From: Thermoplasmata archaeon
Lineage (GTDB): Archaea > Thermoplasmatota > Thermoplasmata > RBG-16-68-12 > JAFNFQ01
Direction of reading: 5' to 3'
DNA length: 64,000 nucleotides
Assembly (NCBI GenBank): GCA_041489255.1
Contig: JBGPQV010000003.1
Location: forward strand, 96,001-160,000
The translations under genes and the position numbers were made by a program. A model generated the notes under the pieces. That model searched no databases. It was not told the DNA's origin and saw only the letters and a list, made by a program, of their open reading frames with translations. This document shows positions 10,670-19,807 of the stretch, in pieces (the first letter of the stretch is position 1; the number at the start of each line of letters is the position of its first letter).

Positions 10670-11659
10670 TCATCCTGGACCGGGCTCAGAAGCCGCGTCC
10701 CCGGTCCCTTTCTTCTCCTCCTTCTTCCCCTTCTTCTTCTCTACCTTGCCGCCCTCCGGCTTCGCTTCAGGCGGTTGCCCCGACGGCACACTCTTCTTTT
10801 CCGCGCTGACATCGACCGATGCGAGCGAGGCGAGCGCGAGCATGCTTGCCTTCGCCTTCGCGAGGATCAGCGGCAGCGACTGCTTCGTCAAAATGCCCGC
10901 GTTGACGGCGAGGTTGAGCGCATCGGTGTGCGCCTTGCCCAGCATCGGCCTGATTGTGCTCTTCGTCGGGTAGCCGATGTTCACGGACAGGTTGAACGCC
11001 CTCAGGCCTGCGGTCTGGAAGTCCGCCATGACCTTCGCCTCGTCGATCGCCAGGACGTCGCGTCCGTAGAACATGCCGTCCTCGTAGGCCCCCCTGAGGT
11101 CGAGGCCGACCGTCATTGGGAATATCTCGAGGCGCGTGAGCGCCTGCGCGGTGAGCCGCGGGATCTTCTCGCCCTTGGGGACGAGCAGCTTCTCCTTCTT
11201 GATCACGACCTTGCCCTTCTCTATCGCGGCGGGGATCCCCGCCTTCTGCAGGTCTCCGACCACCGGCCCGGGCTTGAACGGCGTCTCGCCCTCGTGGATC
11301 CAGATGTCATCAGGCGCGACATCCCCTCCCTTGGCGGGAGCCTTGGTCTTCGTCGACTCCATTTCCTTGAACAGCCTGAACGGGTTGATGTTGGCGGTGA
11401 CGACCGCCGACTGCCCGGAGATGGCGGTCTTGAGCTTGTCGATTCCGGCCTTCTGAGTTGCCGCCTGCTCCAGCGCTATCGCGAGCAGGTTCGACTTCGT
11501 CACGCGGAGGTTTACCTTGCCCCTGAGCTTGCGCCGCATCTTCTGGAACTGCGCCGCGGGTATGCCGTGGATATTGACAATCCCGATGACCTGAGACTGG
11601 CCGAACTCCTTCACGAGCTTCTCGACCAGTTCCTTCTTGCGGGGGGATACGTGCGCCAT
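10670..11659 (-). CDS. rplP0: 50S ribosomal protein uL10 (P0)
   Basis: [12 protein letters not shown] start, NPFRLF, APAKGG.VAPDDI, TPFKPGP; between rpl1 and rpl12. Confidence 0.95.
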   Translation of the reverse strand: MAHVSPRKKELVEKLVKEFGQSQVIGIVNIHGIPAAQFQKMRRKLRGKVNLRVTKSNLLAIALEQAATQKAGIDKLKTAISGQSAVVTANINPFRLFKEMESTKTKAPAKGGDVAPDDIWIHEGETPFKPGPVVGDLQKAGIPAAIEKGKVVIKKEKLLVPKGEKIPRLTAQALTRLEIFPMTVGLDLRGAYEDGMFYGRDVLAIDEAKVMADFQTAGLRAFNLSVNIGYPTKSTIRPMLGKAHTDALNLAVNAGILTKQSLPLILAKAKASMLALASLASVDVSAEKKSVPSGQPPEAKPEGGKVEKKKGKKEEKKGTGDAASEPGPG

Positions 11660-11669
11660 TTCCTTCACC

Positions 11670-12308
11670 TCACAAGAACCTCACTGCCGGCCCCATGGTC
11701 GTCTTCAGGTAGGCGGAATGGATGTTGAACCGCCCCCGTTCGAGCTTCGTCAGCACCCTTTTGAAGAGGAAGTCCACGTTCTCCGCGATGTCCTCGGGGG
11801 TCATGTCCCTCGTGCCCACCGGGGCGTGGAACGTCCTGCGCTCCCCGCTCTTCACGCGGACGGTGTTGCGCATGGCGGTGATTGTCGGAACCGGGTCGGC
11901 GTTTGGCAGGATTGGCTTCGGCATCTTGCCGTGCGGGCCGAGGATCTGACCCATGCGCTTGCCGATCACGGGCATGAGTGGCGCCTCTGCGATGAAGAAA
12001 TCGAACTTCCTCGCGAGGTCCCTCACCTTCTTCTTGTTTCCCGCGAGCTCCTCGAGTTGGTCAGGCTGGATAACGAGGTCTGCAACATTCTTAGCTTTGA
12101 GGGCTAGCTCGGCCGAGCCTATCAGGCAGATCTTGATGGCCTTGCCGCGTCCCTTAGGCAGTGCGACCTCCACATCAACTCTGTTCTTTGGGACGGAGAG
12201 GTCCACGTCTCTCAGGTTGAAAGAAATCTCGACTGATTCCTTGAACTTGCGGGGCGGGGCCGATTCCAGGACTTTCTTGACCGTGTCGACCGTCCGTTTT
12301 TCTGCCGT
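11670..12308 (-). CDS. rpl1: 50S ribosomal protein uL1; probable ACG start at 12308
   Basis: RKFKESVEISFNL, GQILGPHGKMPKP, KTTMGP; 212 aa from ACG-GCA-GAA-AAA, about 9 nt after GGAGG. Confidence 0.95.
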   Translation of the reverse strand, partial: TAEKRTVDTVKKVLESAPPRKFKESVEISFNLRDVDLSVPKNRVDVEVALPKGRGKAIKICLIGSAELALKAKNVADLVIQPDQLEELAGNKKKVRDLARKFDFFIAEAPLMPVIGKRMGQILGPHGKMPKPILPNADPVPTITAMRNTVRVKSGERRTFHAPVGTRDMTPEDIAENVDFLFKRVLTKLERGRFNIHSAYLKTTMGPAVRFL

Positions 12309-12321
12309 ATGCCTCGCCTCC

Positions 12322-12354
12322 TGTAGTACCAGCGGCCAATCTAGGCCTCCTACA
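12322..12354 (-). promoter_or_regulatory. uL1-binding mRNA leader (translational autoregulation site)
   Basis: TGTAG-GA-GGCC-TAGATT-GGCC-GCTGGTA-CTACA: two helices around an asymmetric internal loop, like known L1 target sites; abuts the SD of rpl1. Confidence 0.8.
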
Positions 12355-12611
12355 TGGGAGAATCGATGCAAAGAGGGTCTGGTTAATAAGCCTTGCTAAT
12401 GCGTTCCGCGGTTGCGCCAGATGGATAGTCATGGTAAGGGATGAGCGCTTCTTCGGAGTTGACCCCTGATGCCATGGCCGGCATCCATATCGCGCCATCA
12501 TTGGCGTCCTCCTCAATGCCGCCTAGTCGGATCGCCTCCTCGCAGTCCGTGTCCCGGTCGCCCCCGCTTCCGCCGCCGTCGGCCCCGATTTTCCGCCAAT
12601 CCGGAGATGAT

Positions 12612-12920
12612 TTCTCCACATGTGGACCTTCCGGGTCACCATGCGGAGGAATAGGGTCACCATGGTGATTTCACATTTCGCCACATAGACTCATCTCGTC
12701 ACCACCCCCGCAGGTGCTTCGCGACCCTCATTCATCGGTTCTCCACGTAGACCTCCGGGGTCTGCTTGGTGACCTTCCGGGTCACCGCGTGGACGTCGGA
12801 GGTCACCATGGTGACATCGCAGGTCACCACGGTGGAAGGCCAATCCTGACTCGGAAACGCAGGTCGCAATGGTGGAGGTCACGGGTCACCATGGTGAGAT
12901 AGGGGGTCTACTTGGTGAGG
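12612..12920. repeat. Degenerate ~21-bp tandem repeats with GGTCACC(ATGGTGA) core
   Basis: GGTCACC at 12634/12655, 12780/12801/12822 and 12884; variants at 12759, 12862, 12905; palindrome GTCACCATGGTGAC at 12802-12815. Confidence 0.75.
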
Positions 12921-13130
12921 AGAGAGGCGCGGATGGTGATTCATGCCGCGCTATGGAGAAACGGGTCGGCGCGGGTTTGCCGCCCTCGAATCCAGGCGAT
13001 AACGAGGTTTGCTCGTTCGTTCAAGACTCAGAGGCTTTGGCGGAACCTCGCCGCGGGCATGGGCCCGTGCAGCACGAGCGCCTCACCGAACATCCGCTTT
13101 GCGGACTCTCCGCCATAGAAAGACGCGATG

Positions 13131-13164
13131 AAAAAAAGAAGAATGAGGCCCCGTGAGGGGCCTC
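13131..13164 (-). terminator. Hairpin plus U-tract terminator for the 13215-13640 gene
   Basis: Minus strand GAGGCCCC-TCAC-GGGGCCTC followed by ATTCTTCTTTTTTT. Confidence 0.7.
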
Positions 13165-13214
13165 TTCGGTCGCATGACCTCTGTCCGGATTCCAAGGAAT
13201 CCCGGTCATTACTG

Positions 13215-13640
13215 CTAAGGCTTCCCCGGCGCGGGCTCAGCGGTCAGGTTCTGCGCGGGCTCGACCCCGGTGTCGTTGTCAGGCCTCTTCATCCTGCTCC
13301 GGATGCGCCTGAAGTTCTTGGCGGGGACGCTGTTCTTGTCGACGGCTCCGATCATCATGTCAAGCTGGCTGGAGCCGACGACGTAGAGCTGCTTCAGGTC
13401 CGCCTCGTGCTCCTCGGTGATCTCCCTCAGCTCCCGCTTCTTCTGCTCCTGCTTCTCGTTCGAGGCGTTCGCCTTCCTGTGCTGTGCAAGGAGCTTCTGA
13501 TGCATAACGTCGATGTCGAGGTTCCCCTTCATCAGGGCCGCTCTCTCGGTGACCTGGAGGTCCTCGACCTTCTCGATGGTACCTAGGATCTGCGCTTCAC
13601 TGTATCCCAGTCTCTTCACCTCCTCCCCCATCAAAGACAC
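13215..13640 (-). CDS. Hypothetical helical/coiled-coil protein
   Basis: 141-aa ORF with host-like codon usage, GAGGTG upstream of GTG, terminator downstream. Confidence 0.75.
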   Translation of the reverse strand: MSLMGEEVKRLGYSEAQILGTIEKVEDLQVTERAALMKGNLDIDVMHQKLLAQHRKANASNEKQEQKKRELREITEEHEADLKQLYVVGSSQLDMMIGAVDKNSVPAKNFRRIRSRMKRPDNDTGVEPAQNLTAEPAPGKP

Positions 13641-13709
13641 GCACCGCGCACCTCATCCGAGGAGGTTAATGACGTTGGCGGGAAGATACTTCAACCCTCC
13701 CCGCTCGTG

Positions 13710-13770
13710 CACTGTGAAAACACTGTGAATGAACTGTGAAAACACTGTTAATACACTCTAAATACACTCT
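13710..13770. repeat. 11-bp tandem repeat array (about 5.5 units, CACTGTGAAAA-like)
   Basis: CACTGTGAAAA CACTGTGAATG AACTGTGAAAA CACTGTTAATA CACTCTAAATA CACTCT. Confidence 0.85.
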
Positions 13771-13787
13771 CGCCAAGGATAGGGATG

Positions 13788-14261
13788 TCAGTGCTCCGAA
13801 ACACCTTCTTGCGGACGCGCAGCTCCCAGAAGCTTGGACGACTTCGCCGCATCTGCACCGGAACCTCCGAGGCGAGGCGGGGGCGGCTGGAACCTCGCCG
13901 GTTGCTCATGCGGAACGCCTTTGTGCTCGCGCGTGTCCTCGCGCGGACGGCCGCCTCTGCTCTCGGACGCGGATTTACCGCCCGGCTTGGCGGTGAACCG
14001 CTTGCCGAGGGACCTCCCCACCGGCGTGAGCTCGTACACGATCATCCGCCTCGTTCCCGTATCGATGTAGGCTGTCTTGACCTCGATGCAGCCCTCCTCT
14101 ACCAGCTTCCTCAGCTCGTTCCCGGCGTGTGTCCTGCCGATCCCGAGGGCACTGGCCATGCCCGCCTGGGTCATCTCCACAGGGAAGACGTAATCATCGC
14201 GCGAACGCGGGCAGGTCATCAGGTGCGTGATGAGCTTTACCTTTATCGTGCATTCCGCCAT
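13788..14261 (-). CDS. Winged helix-turn-helix DNA-binding protein
   Basis: MTQAGMASALGIGRTHAGNELRKLVEEG helix-turn-helix plus wing VYELTPVG; TATA-like CTTATAC upstream. Confidence 0.8.
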   Translation of the reverse strand: MAECTIKVKLITHLMTCPRSRDDYVFPVEMTQAGMASALGIGRTHAGNELRKLVEEGCIEVKTAYIDTGTRRMIVYELTPVGRSLGKRFTAKPGGKSASESRGGRPREDTREHKGVPHEQPARFQPPPPRLGGSGADAAKSSKLLGAARPQEGVSEH

Positions 14262-14420
14262 AGAAGTCTCCTAGCGTAATACATTGACTAGGAAGTATAA
14301 GAAAAGTCCGGAGAATCGTTGAATTTAATGGGATAGTCTTGATATCGATAATGTCAATGAACGCGTTTCAGTGTCAAACGGGAATATTGATTGTGATAAT
14401 GAGGAGGAGCACGCCCATCT

Positions 14421-14560
14421 GCCGTCAGAGCAGTCAGTGGCGCCCTCGGTTACGCGGCGGACCGCGGCATAGAGTACCTGCAGACCGGGACGCTGGAGTG
14501 GGACTGGGGGCAGTTCGGGCTCAGCGTGGGCACAGAGGCCGCGGCGGGGGCGACGAGGGA
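14421..14560 (+). pseudogene. Startless fragment resembling the Gly/Ala-rich pre-toxin segment of Rhs/polymorphic toxins
   Basis: Frame reads AVSGALGYAADRGIEYLQTGTLEWDWGQFGLSVGTEAAAGA with host-like codons; stop codons immediately upstream, no start. Confidence 0.4.
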
Positions 14561-14619
14561 GACACGTATCCGGATGCCGGGAAGGCTGAAATCCCCGGAC
14601 GGCATGCGATGGCGGGAAC

Positions 14620-15510
14620 ATGGATGCGTTGACTCTGGCGGGAATCGTCCAGGACTGCCTCCCCGAGGTCCGCGTGAGGAGCGTTTCACGGCTGCAGGAA
14701 GGCTGGGCCAGCTTCGTCATCGAGGTCAACGGCGAGCTGATCTTCAGGTTTCAGAAGAGGCCGGAAGTGGAGGACAACCTGAGGAAGGAGATACGGCTGA
14801 TGCCCAAGCTGTCAGAACACCTCTCCTTTCGAGTTCCTTACTTCGAATATATCTGGGAAGGCGGCAAGGAATATGATGGTTGGTTCGTGGGCTACAGGAA
14901 GATCGATGGCGTTCCGATCGGCAGGTGGTGCACGAAGAAAGCGCACTCCGCCAGGATGATCCGCAACCTCGCCAGGATGCTCACCGAGATCCACCACTTC
15001 CCTGTGAAACGCTACCCAGTGCTCAAGCTGCTCTTCTTCGGACCAAGACAGCGGAAGGACAAGCTGAAGAACCTCTACGCGCAGGTAATGGAGAAGGTCC
15101 TGCCGATCCTCAGCGCGACGGAACGGCGCAGGACAATCGACTTCTTCGAACAGCAATTGGCGGTCGCGGAGAACTTCCGCTTCAACTCGACGTTGACACA
15201 CGACGACCTGAGCGGACCGCACATCCTGTGCGACAGGGGCGGCGACAGAATCAACGGAGTCATCGACTGGGAGGACGGCTGCACCGGGGACCCGGCGGTA
15301 GATTTCTACGGCATCCTCCAGGATTGTGGCCCATCCTTGACGAAAAAGGTGCTGGAGGGGTACAAGGGTGAGCCAGACCCCGGCATCATGCAGAGGGCCC
15401 GGCTCTATCTGGGTGTCGTCCCGTTCTACGAGGTCCTGTACGGTCAGGAGCACGACGAGGCGACGGCCAAGTTTGGACTGGCACGCCTGCGCGCAACCAT
15501 TCTGAGATGA
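14620..15510 (+). CDS. Aminoglycoside phosphotransferase (APH)/choline kinase-like protein
   Basis: EGW..V..VNGELIFRF, HDDLSGPHIL (Brenner motif), GVIDWED, GDPAVDF. Confidence 0.88.
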   Translation: MDALTLAGIVQDCLPEVRVRSVSRLQEGWASFVIEVNGELIFRFQKRPEVEDNLRKEIRLMPKLSEHLSFRVPYFEYIWEGGKEYDGWFVGYRKIDGVPIGRWCTKKAHSARMIRNLARMLTEIHHFPVKRYPVLKLLFFGPRQRKDKLKNLYAQVMEKVLPILSATERRRTIDFFEQQLAVAENFRFNSTLTHDDLSGPHILCDRGGDRINGVIDWEDGCTGDPAVDFYGILQDCGPSLTKKVLEGYKGEPDPGIMQRARLYLGVVPFYEVLYGQEHDEATAKFGLARLRATILR

Positions 15511-15533
15511 TGCGGCGCAGTCCGATGCTGTGC

Positions 15534-15791
15534 CTATTCCTTGCTGCCCCAGCGGCTGAACATTATGATGAAGATTATCATCACGACGGTCAGCACGACA
15601 GCGACGACCATGTAGCCAATCCAGCCCATCAGGCTGATGGTGGCGAATGTCGTGTCGATCCCCGCGACCTTCAGCCCGCCCATGACGACCTGGTTCCAGA
15701 TCAGGGCGATCACCAGCCCGAAGGCTGTGGCCATAGAGGCCGCGACAGTCTTGCGCACTTCTGCTTTTGACAGTTTCCGTTCCTCTGGCAT
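15534..15791 (-). CDS. Small two-TM protein (DUF5654-like)
   Basis: TAFGLVIALIWN and YMVVAVVLTVV motifs. Confidence 0.75.
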   Translation of the reverse strand: MPEERKLSKAEVRKTVAASMATAFGLVIALIWNQVVMGGLKVAGIDTTFATISLMGWIGYMVVAVVLTVVMIIFIIMFSRWGSKE

Positions 15792-15976
15792 ATAGGAGAT
15801 TCCTCCTCGCGGCGAGCAAGAATGTCGGTTTATATTAATTCTTTGGAATTCACGCGCGGAGCCGCACGCGATTTCGGTTCACCGGCATGCTCAGACCGAT
15901 GAAAAGAGAAAAATAGTCGGGGCGCGCATCGGATGTCCGGCGAAGAGCCTCAGTCAGATGGGATGGTGTTCGAGCA

Positions 15977-16603
15977 ATGGATCCCGCTACGGTAGTCCTG
16001 CGACTGTTCATAGGCTTCAATCTGGCCCTCGGCATCGGACTCGAGAGGCAGCTGAGCAGGAAGCCCGCGGGCTTCGGCACGTTCACCTTCGTCTCCACCG
16101 GCGCCTGCGTCATCGCGATAATGGCTGAGGAACTCGAGCCCGACAACATGCTTGCGCTCCTCGGCGGCGCGATCACGGGCATAGGTTTCCTCGGAGCCGG
16201 CTCTCTGATAAGGAGCCAGGACAGGGTTTTCGGGTTCACCACCGCCGCGCTCATATGGGCCATGGCGGCGATGGGGCTGGCCATTGGGGTCGGATTGTTC
16301 TACCTGGCTTTCTCCTTCTATGGCGTAGTATGGGTAGTCATAATGACGGACAGGCTGCTCGAGCGGCAAGGCTTCGGTTCGCACGCGAAAGTCCTGGATA
16401 TCGTCCTTGCCGAGCCCGCCAATCTCGATGACATCAAGGCGATCGTGCCCGTGAAATCCGCCTACTACGAGCGGTATTACTTCGACAAAGGCACGCAGGT
16501 GATGCAGTTCAAAGCGCATGTCCGCATCAAGCCTGCCGATGTGGAGAACCTTCTATTGAGCTTGCAGCGGAACGCGAAGGTGAAGAGCGTCTCTCTGGAG
16601 TAG
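15977..16603 (+). CDS. MgtC/SapB family membrane protein
   Basis: IGLERQ..KPAG..TF, ITGIGFLGAG, GFTTAALIW..AAMGLAIG. Confidence 0.92.
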   Translation: MDPATVVLRLFIGFNLALGIGLERQLSRKPAGFGTFTFVSTGACVIAIMAEELEPDNMLALLGGAITGIGFLGAGSLIRSQDRVFGFTTAALIWAMAAMGLAIGVGLFYLAFSFYGVVWVVIMTDRLLERQGFGSHAKVLDIVLAEPANLDDIKAIVPVKSAYYERYYFDKGTQVMQFKAHVRIKPADVENLLLSLQRNAKVKSVSLE

Positions 16604-16817
16604 TTCTTGGTGAATCGTAAGCGCCAATAGACAAGGTTTGCGAGGGAGATTCTTGGTTGATGGCTCGCTCGTTCACATACGCTGCATGCCTTCCGAGTCC
16701 GAAGCCTCGAACTCCGCTTCCTCCTTGGCTGGAGCCACCATCTCTTCCCGGATAAGTTGAGCGTCACGAGGATTTTAACCGTTATGGTGACAACGGCCAG
16801 GATGGCAGTTAGAACTC

Positions 16818-18584
16818 ATGGTGGCTGGCCCCACGGCAATCAACAAGATATCGGGGTGGAAACAAAAGAAGTGGGGAATGCTTTTATCATTGTTCGGAGA
16901 ATCCCCGAATGTGCGAGAAGGGGCAAGGTTGGGGCGGTCGGAACCGCTGGTATTGGTCAGAAGAATTCCAACTGTCGTGATTATCGTCACGATCTCCATT
17001 TCACTACTGTGTGGTGGTGTGGCGGCGCAGGATCAGCGCAAACCGGTTGTTGGCGACTTTTTTGAATATGAATACGACATTTGGCTCGACAGAGGATGGG
17101 GCAACTACGAAGGTTATACGGAGCATACCTTTTCGCACGGCCTCTACACCGTCATCAACGTCACCCAGAACACCTGCACCATGAAGGCGGTTGTCTCCTG
17201 GGAATATCGTGCTTCCGACGGAACATATCAGGCCGGAGGTTTCGACCACAACATCACATTCTCGCTTGACACACGGCTCTATATTTCCGGCTATGAACTT
17301 GACGAGAACGTGACCGATCCCGCGGTATGGTTTTACGCCGGCACCGGCCTGCAGACCGGCCAGCATGTGAAGATCATCGGACAGGACTTCGTCGTCCAGA
17401 GCACATCGTCCTCCGTCTGGATGGGTTGGCTTCCCATATCAGGGGTGGAGCTGAAGAACACTGGCAGTTTCTATAGGAACGATGTATACGGAGCTTTCAC
17501 AGCGACATTCACCGACATTTATCATTTCGATGGATCTACGGGGTACCTTCTCCATGAGTGGTACGAAGAGGTCGATGCTGACGGGCATGGAAATGGATTC
17601 AGATGGAGAGAGGAAGTTAGGGTAATACAATCCAGCTATGCCGCGCCGGTTCACATCTCGACCTTACTGGTCTCATATGTGGTCGTACCTGGCATTATCA
17701 TTGGCCCAATCATCGCAGTGATCTACCGCTCCTACGGACCACGTAGAGTCCGTTTGGCGATGCAGAGCGCGCTCGCGTTCGGCTCTCCCACAAAGGAGCG
17801 TTTTGTTATGAAACGCGTCCGGAGGAGAAGGATGCCGAGGCTGGCGCTCGAAGTGAAGGCGACGGCTGGCCTGACTTTGTACTTTGAACCTTTCATGGAG
17901 CGATTCGTCAACAGGGCCGTGGCGACGAAGTCAAAGATCGCTGTTGCGCGGCAAGACGGAAAGCTCAGAGCGATAATATTGCGTGAGAGGAAAACGCGTT
18001 TCGGATCATACTTCGGGCCACAAGAGCTCGCGGTCCCCATGGTGAAGTACCTGCGAGTCATTTACTTCCACTCTGAGCACCCGGACGGTGGTGAGATTCT
18101 TGAGAGATACAAGGTCCTTCAGCTCTCGCCAATCCCCGACAGGGATTACGACACAGAGGCCGCGCGTCCGTTGAACATCAGTGACTGGGGCGCCGTGACA
18201 AGAATCTGGAGGAAGGTCTACGGTGAGGACGATGAATTCCTCACGACCGCTAGAGAGGACGGGGATATGTGTATTGTCGGCGTCGATGAAGGGGCTTTGG
18301 CCGGGTTCGGCCTCTGCTCGGTTACGGGAGATGTCGGCCGCATGCACAGCCTGACCGTTTCTCCGGAGCGAAGGAACAGAGGCATTGGGCGGCAAATCAG
18401 CTTAGCCCGCCTGCAGGCTATGCGCACCCTGGGTGTTTCACGGGTGATCATGGAAGTCGATATCGGCAACATTCCCTCACTCAGAATCGCCGCGGCCCTG
18501 GGATTTTCGGAAATCGGCGAGACCTACATAGTGACAAGGAAGAAAGGCGGTCTGGGGGATGTCCCGTTCCGGAGATGGATATGA
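16818..18584 (+). CDS. Single-pass membrane protein: extracellular beta-rich domain plus cytoplasmic GNAT acetyltransferase (start uncertain)
   Basis: Signal-like VVIIVTISISLLCGGVAAQ, TM YVVVPGIIIGPIIAVIY, GNAT motif A LTVSPERRNRGIG and motif B NIPSLRIAAALGF. Confidence 0.8.
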   Translation: MVAGPTAINKISGWKQKKWGMLLSLFGESPNVREGARLGRSEPLVLVRRIPTVVIIVTISISLLCGGVAAQDQRKPVVGDFFEYEYDIWLDRGWGNYEGYTEHTFSHGLYTVINVTQNTCTMKAVVSWEYRASDGTYQAGGFDHNITFSLDTRLYISGYELDENVTDPAVWFYAGTGLQTGQHVKIIGQDFVVQSTSSSVWMGWLPISGVELKNTGSFYRNDVYGAFTATFTDIYHFDGSTGYLLHEWYEEVDADGHGNGFRWREEVRVIQSSYAAPVHISTLLVSYVVVPGIIIGPIIAVIYRSYGPRRVRLAMQSALAFGSPTKERFVMKRVRRRRMPRLALEVKATAGLTLYFEPFMERFVNRAVATKSKIAVARQDGKLRAIILRERKTRFGSYFGPQELAVPMVKYLRVIYFHSEHPDGGEILERYKVLQLSPIPDRDYDTEAARPLNISDWGAVTRIWRKVYGEDDEFLTTAREDGDMCIVGVDEGALAGFGLCSVTGDVGRMHSLTVSPERRNRGIGRQISLARLQAMRTLGVSRVIMEVDIGNIPSLRIAAALGFSEIGETYIVTRKKGGLGDVPFRRWI

Positions 18585-19807
18585 CGGCCGAGGCTGGATT
18601 CGAACCAGCGTATCTCGCGGGCAAGAGCTGGTTCTCGCTGGCCAAAATCCCTCTCGAGATTCCACCGATGCGCAATCCGAACATCAAGTGGCCTAATGAC
18701 GACGATCTCGATTGCGCGTACGTCCCCAGCGCGATGGTTCAACTGGTGGGCGATGGAGTCCCGGTGATGAAAGCGCTCCGCGACGAGAACAGGAGCGGTT
18801 TCCTTCCTGACAAGAGAATGATTGTGGCGGGGCAAGAACTCGTGCTCAATGTGAAAGGATGCGGCTCAATCATGGCCCCATATGAATTGAGCACGATTGA
18901 CGGTGCCACGTTGGCGGGAATATGGCGCGGCGATGTCCAAGTTCAAGAGAAGTTGAGGACGCTGCAATCTGACGGCATCATAACAAGCGAGCAGTGGTTC
19001 TCTGGCGAGAGCCCCTATGGCGGTCAGGGCTACGAGAACGCGGTCGACTCCCTTCGAATCAGTGAACTCGCAGGCAGAGGACTGCACATCGAAGGATTCC
19101 ACATCTGCCCGGTGCTCCAGGCATGCATCTTGCCGAGGCGATACTGGAATCTCGCAAGGCACCTCTACTGGTTCAGGAGGCACGAAGGACCGATTTGCCA
19201 AACGATTCGTATGATGCCGTCCGATGTCAGGCTGTACTTCCACGGATCAACCACCCTTGGCGCGGACCCCATGTCTGTGTGTAAGAGCTTCGACGTACGC
19301 GAGGACGAAGAGTACAAAGCATTCGAGCTGAACCTCGCTCGCACAGGGGTTGCCGCATTGACCCTTCTGGCACGGACGTTGCGCTACGATCAATCATCCG
19401 GCAACTGGCGGGGGCTGGATTATGAAGACGTATGGCTGGACAAGGACGCAGTTCTCGCACCCGATGGGAAGCTCTACTTCGCGGACCTAGATGGTCTGGC
19501 TTCGGTGAAGCTCGCAGAGGAAGGGATTGAAGGCGCGATCAGGAAACAGTTCGACAAACACGCCTACGAGTTCTTCTATGCACTCATGGCCATCGAGCGT
19601 GAGAGACAACGGACGCATGGTAGGATGGATTGGCAGGAAACTGCACGCTATGTCGGGGAGATGTTGCGGCTCGCCATGAACGGCGATAAGCACGTGCAGG
19701 TGGAATGGGACGGGGGGGATATCCTGATGCTGTACACCAGAGGCGCTATGCCAAGCTCATCATTTGAATTGCTGAACCTTCGGAGGGATGCACAAGATGC
19801 TCACTAG
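18581..19807 (+). CDS. Hypothetical protein, possibly SelO/protein-kinase-like fold
   Basis: ATGA overlap with upstream gene; LNVKGCG..GESPYGGQG and DKDAVLAPDGKLYFADLD motifs suggest a kinase-like fold. Confidence 0.7.
   Translation: MTAEAGFEPAYLAGKSWFSLAKIPLEIPPMRNPNIKWPNDDDLDCAYVPSAMVQLVGDGVPVMKALRDENRSGFLPDKRMIVAGQELVLNVKGCGSIMAPYELSTIDGATLAGIWRGDVQVQEKLRTLQSDGIITSEQWFSGESPYGGQGYENAVDSLRISELAGRGLHIEGFHICPVLQACILPRRYWNLARHLYWFRRHEGPICQTIRMMPSDVRLYFHGSTTLGADPMSVCKSFDVREDEEYKAFELNLARTGVAALTLLARTLRYDQSSGNWRGLDYEDVWLDKDAVLAPDGKLYFADLDGLASVKLAEEGIEGAIRKQFDKHAYEFFYALMAIERERQRTHGRMDWQETARYVGEMLRLAMNGDKHVQVEWDGGDILMLYTRGAMPSSSFELLNLRRDAQDAH

Noticed and set aside
12612-13770. Repeat tracts as a possible CRISPR array
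   Set aside because: Units are 11 or 21 bp, tandem and degenerate, with no unique spacers and no cas genes
14620-15510. Antibiotic resistance determinant
   Set aside because: The APH/choline-kinase fold is broad and the substrate cannot be inferred from motifs
18586-18609. Perfect tRNA T-arm-like hairpin on the minus strand (GCTGG-TTCGAAT-CCAGC-CTCGGCC), a possible att remnant
   Set aside because: No matching 5' acceptor strand or anticodon arm, no match to the adjacent tRNA-Glu, and it lies within the coupled start of a CDS; probably chance
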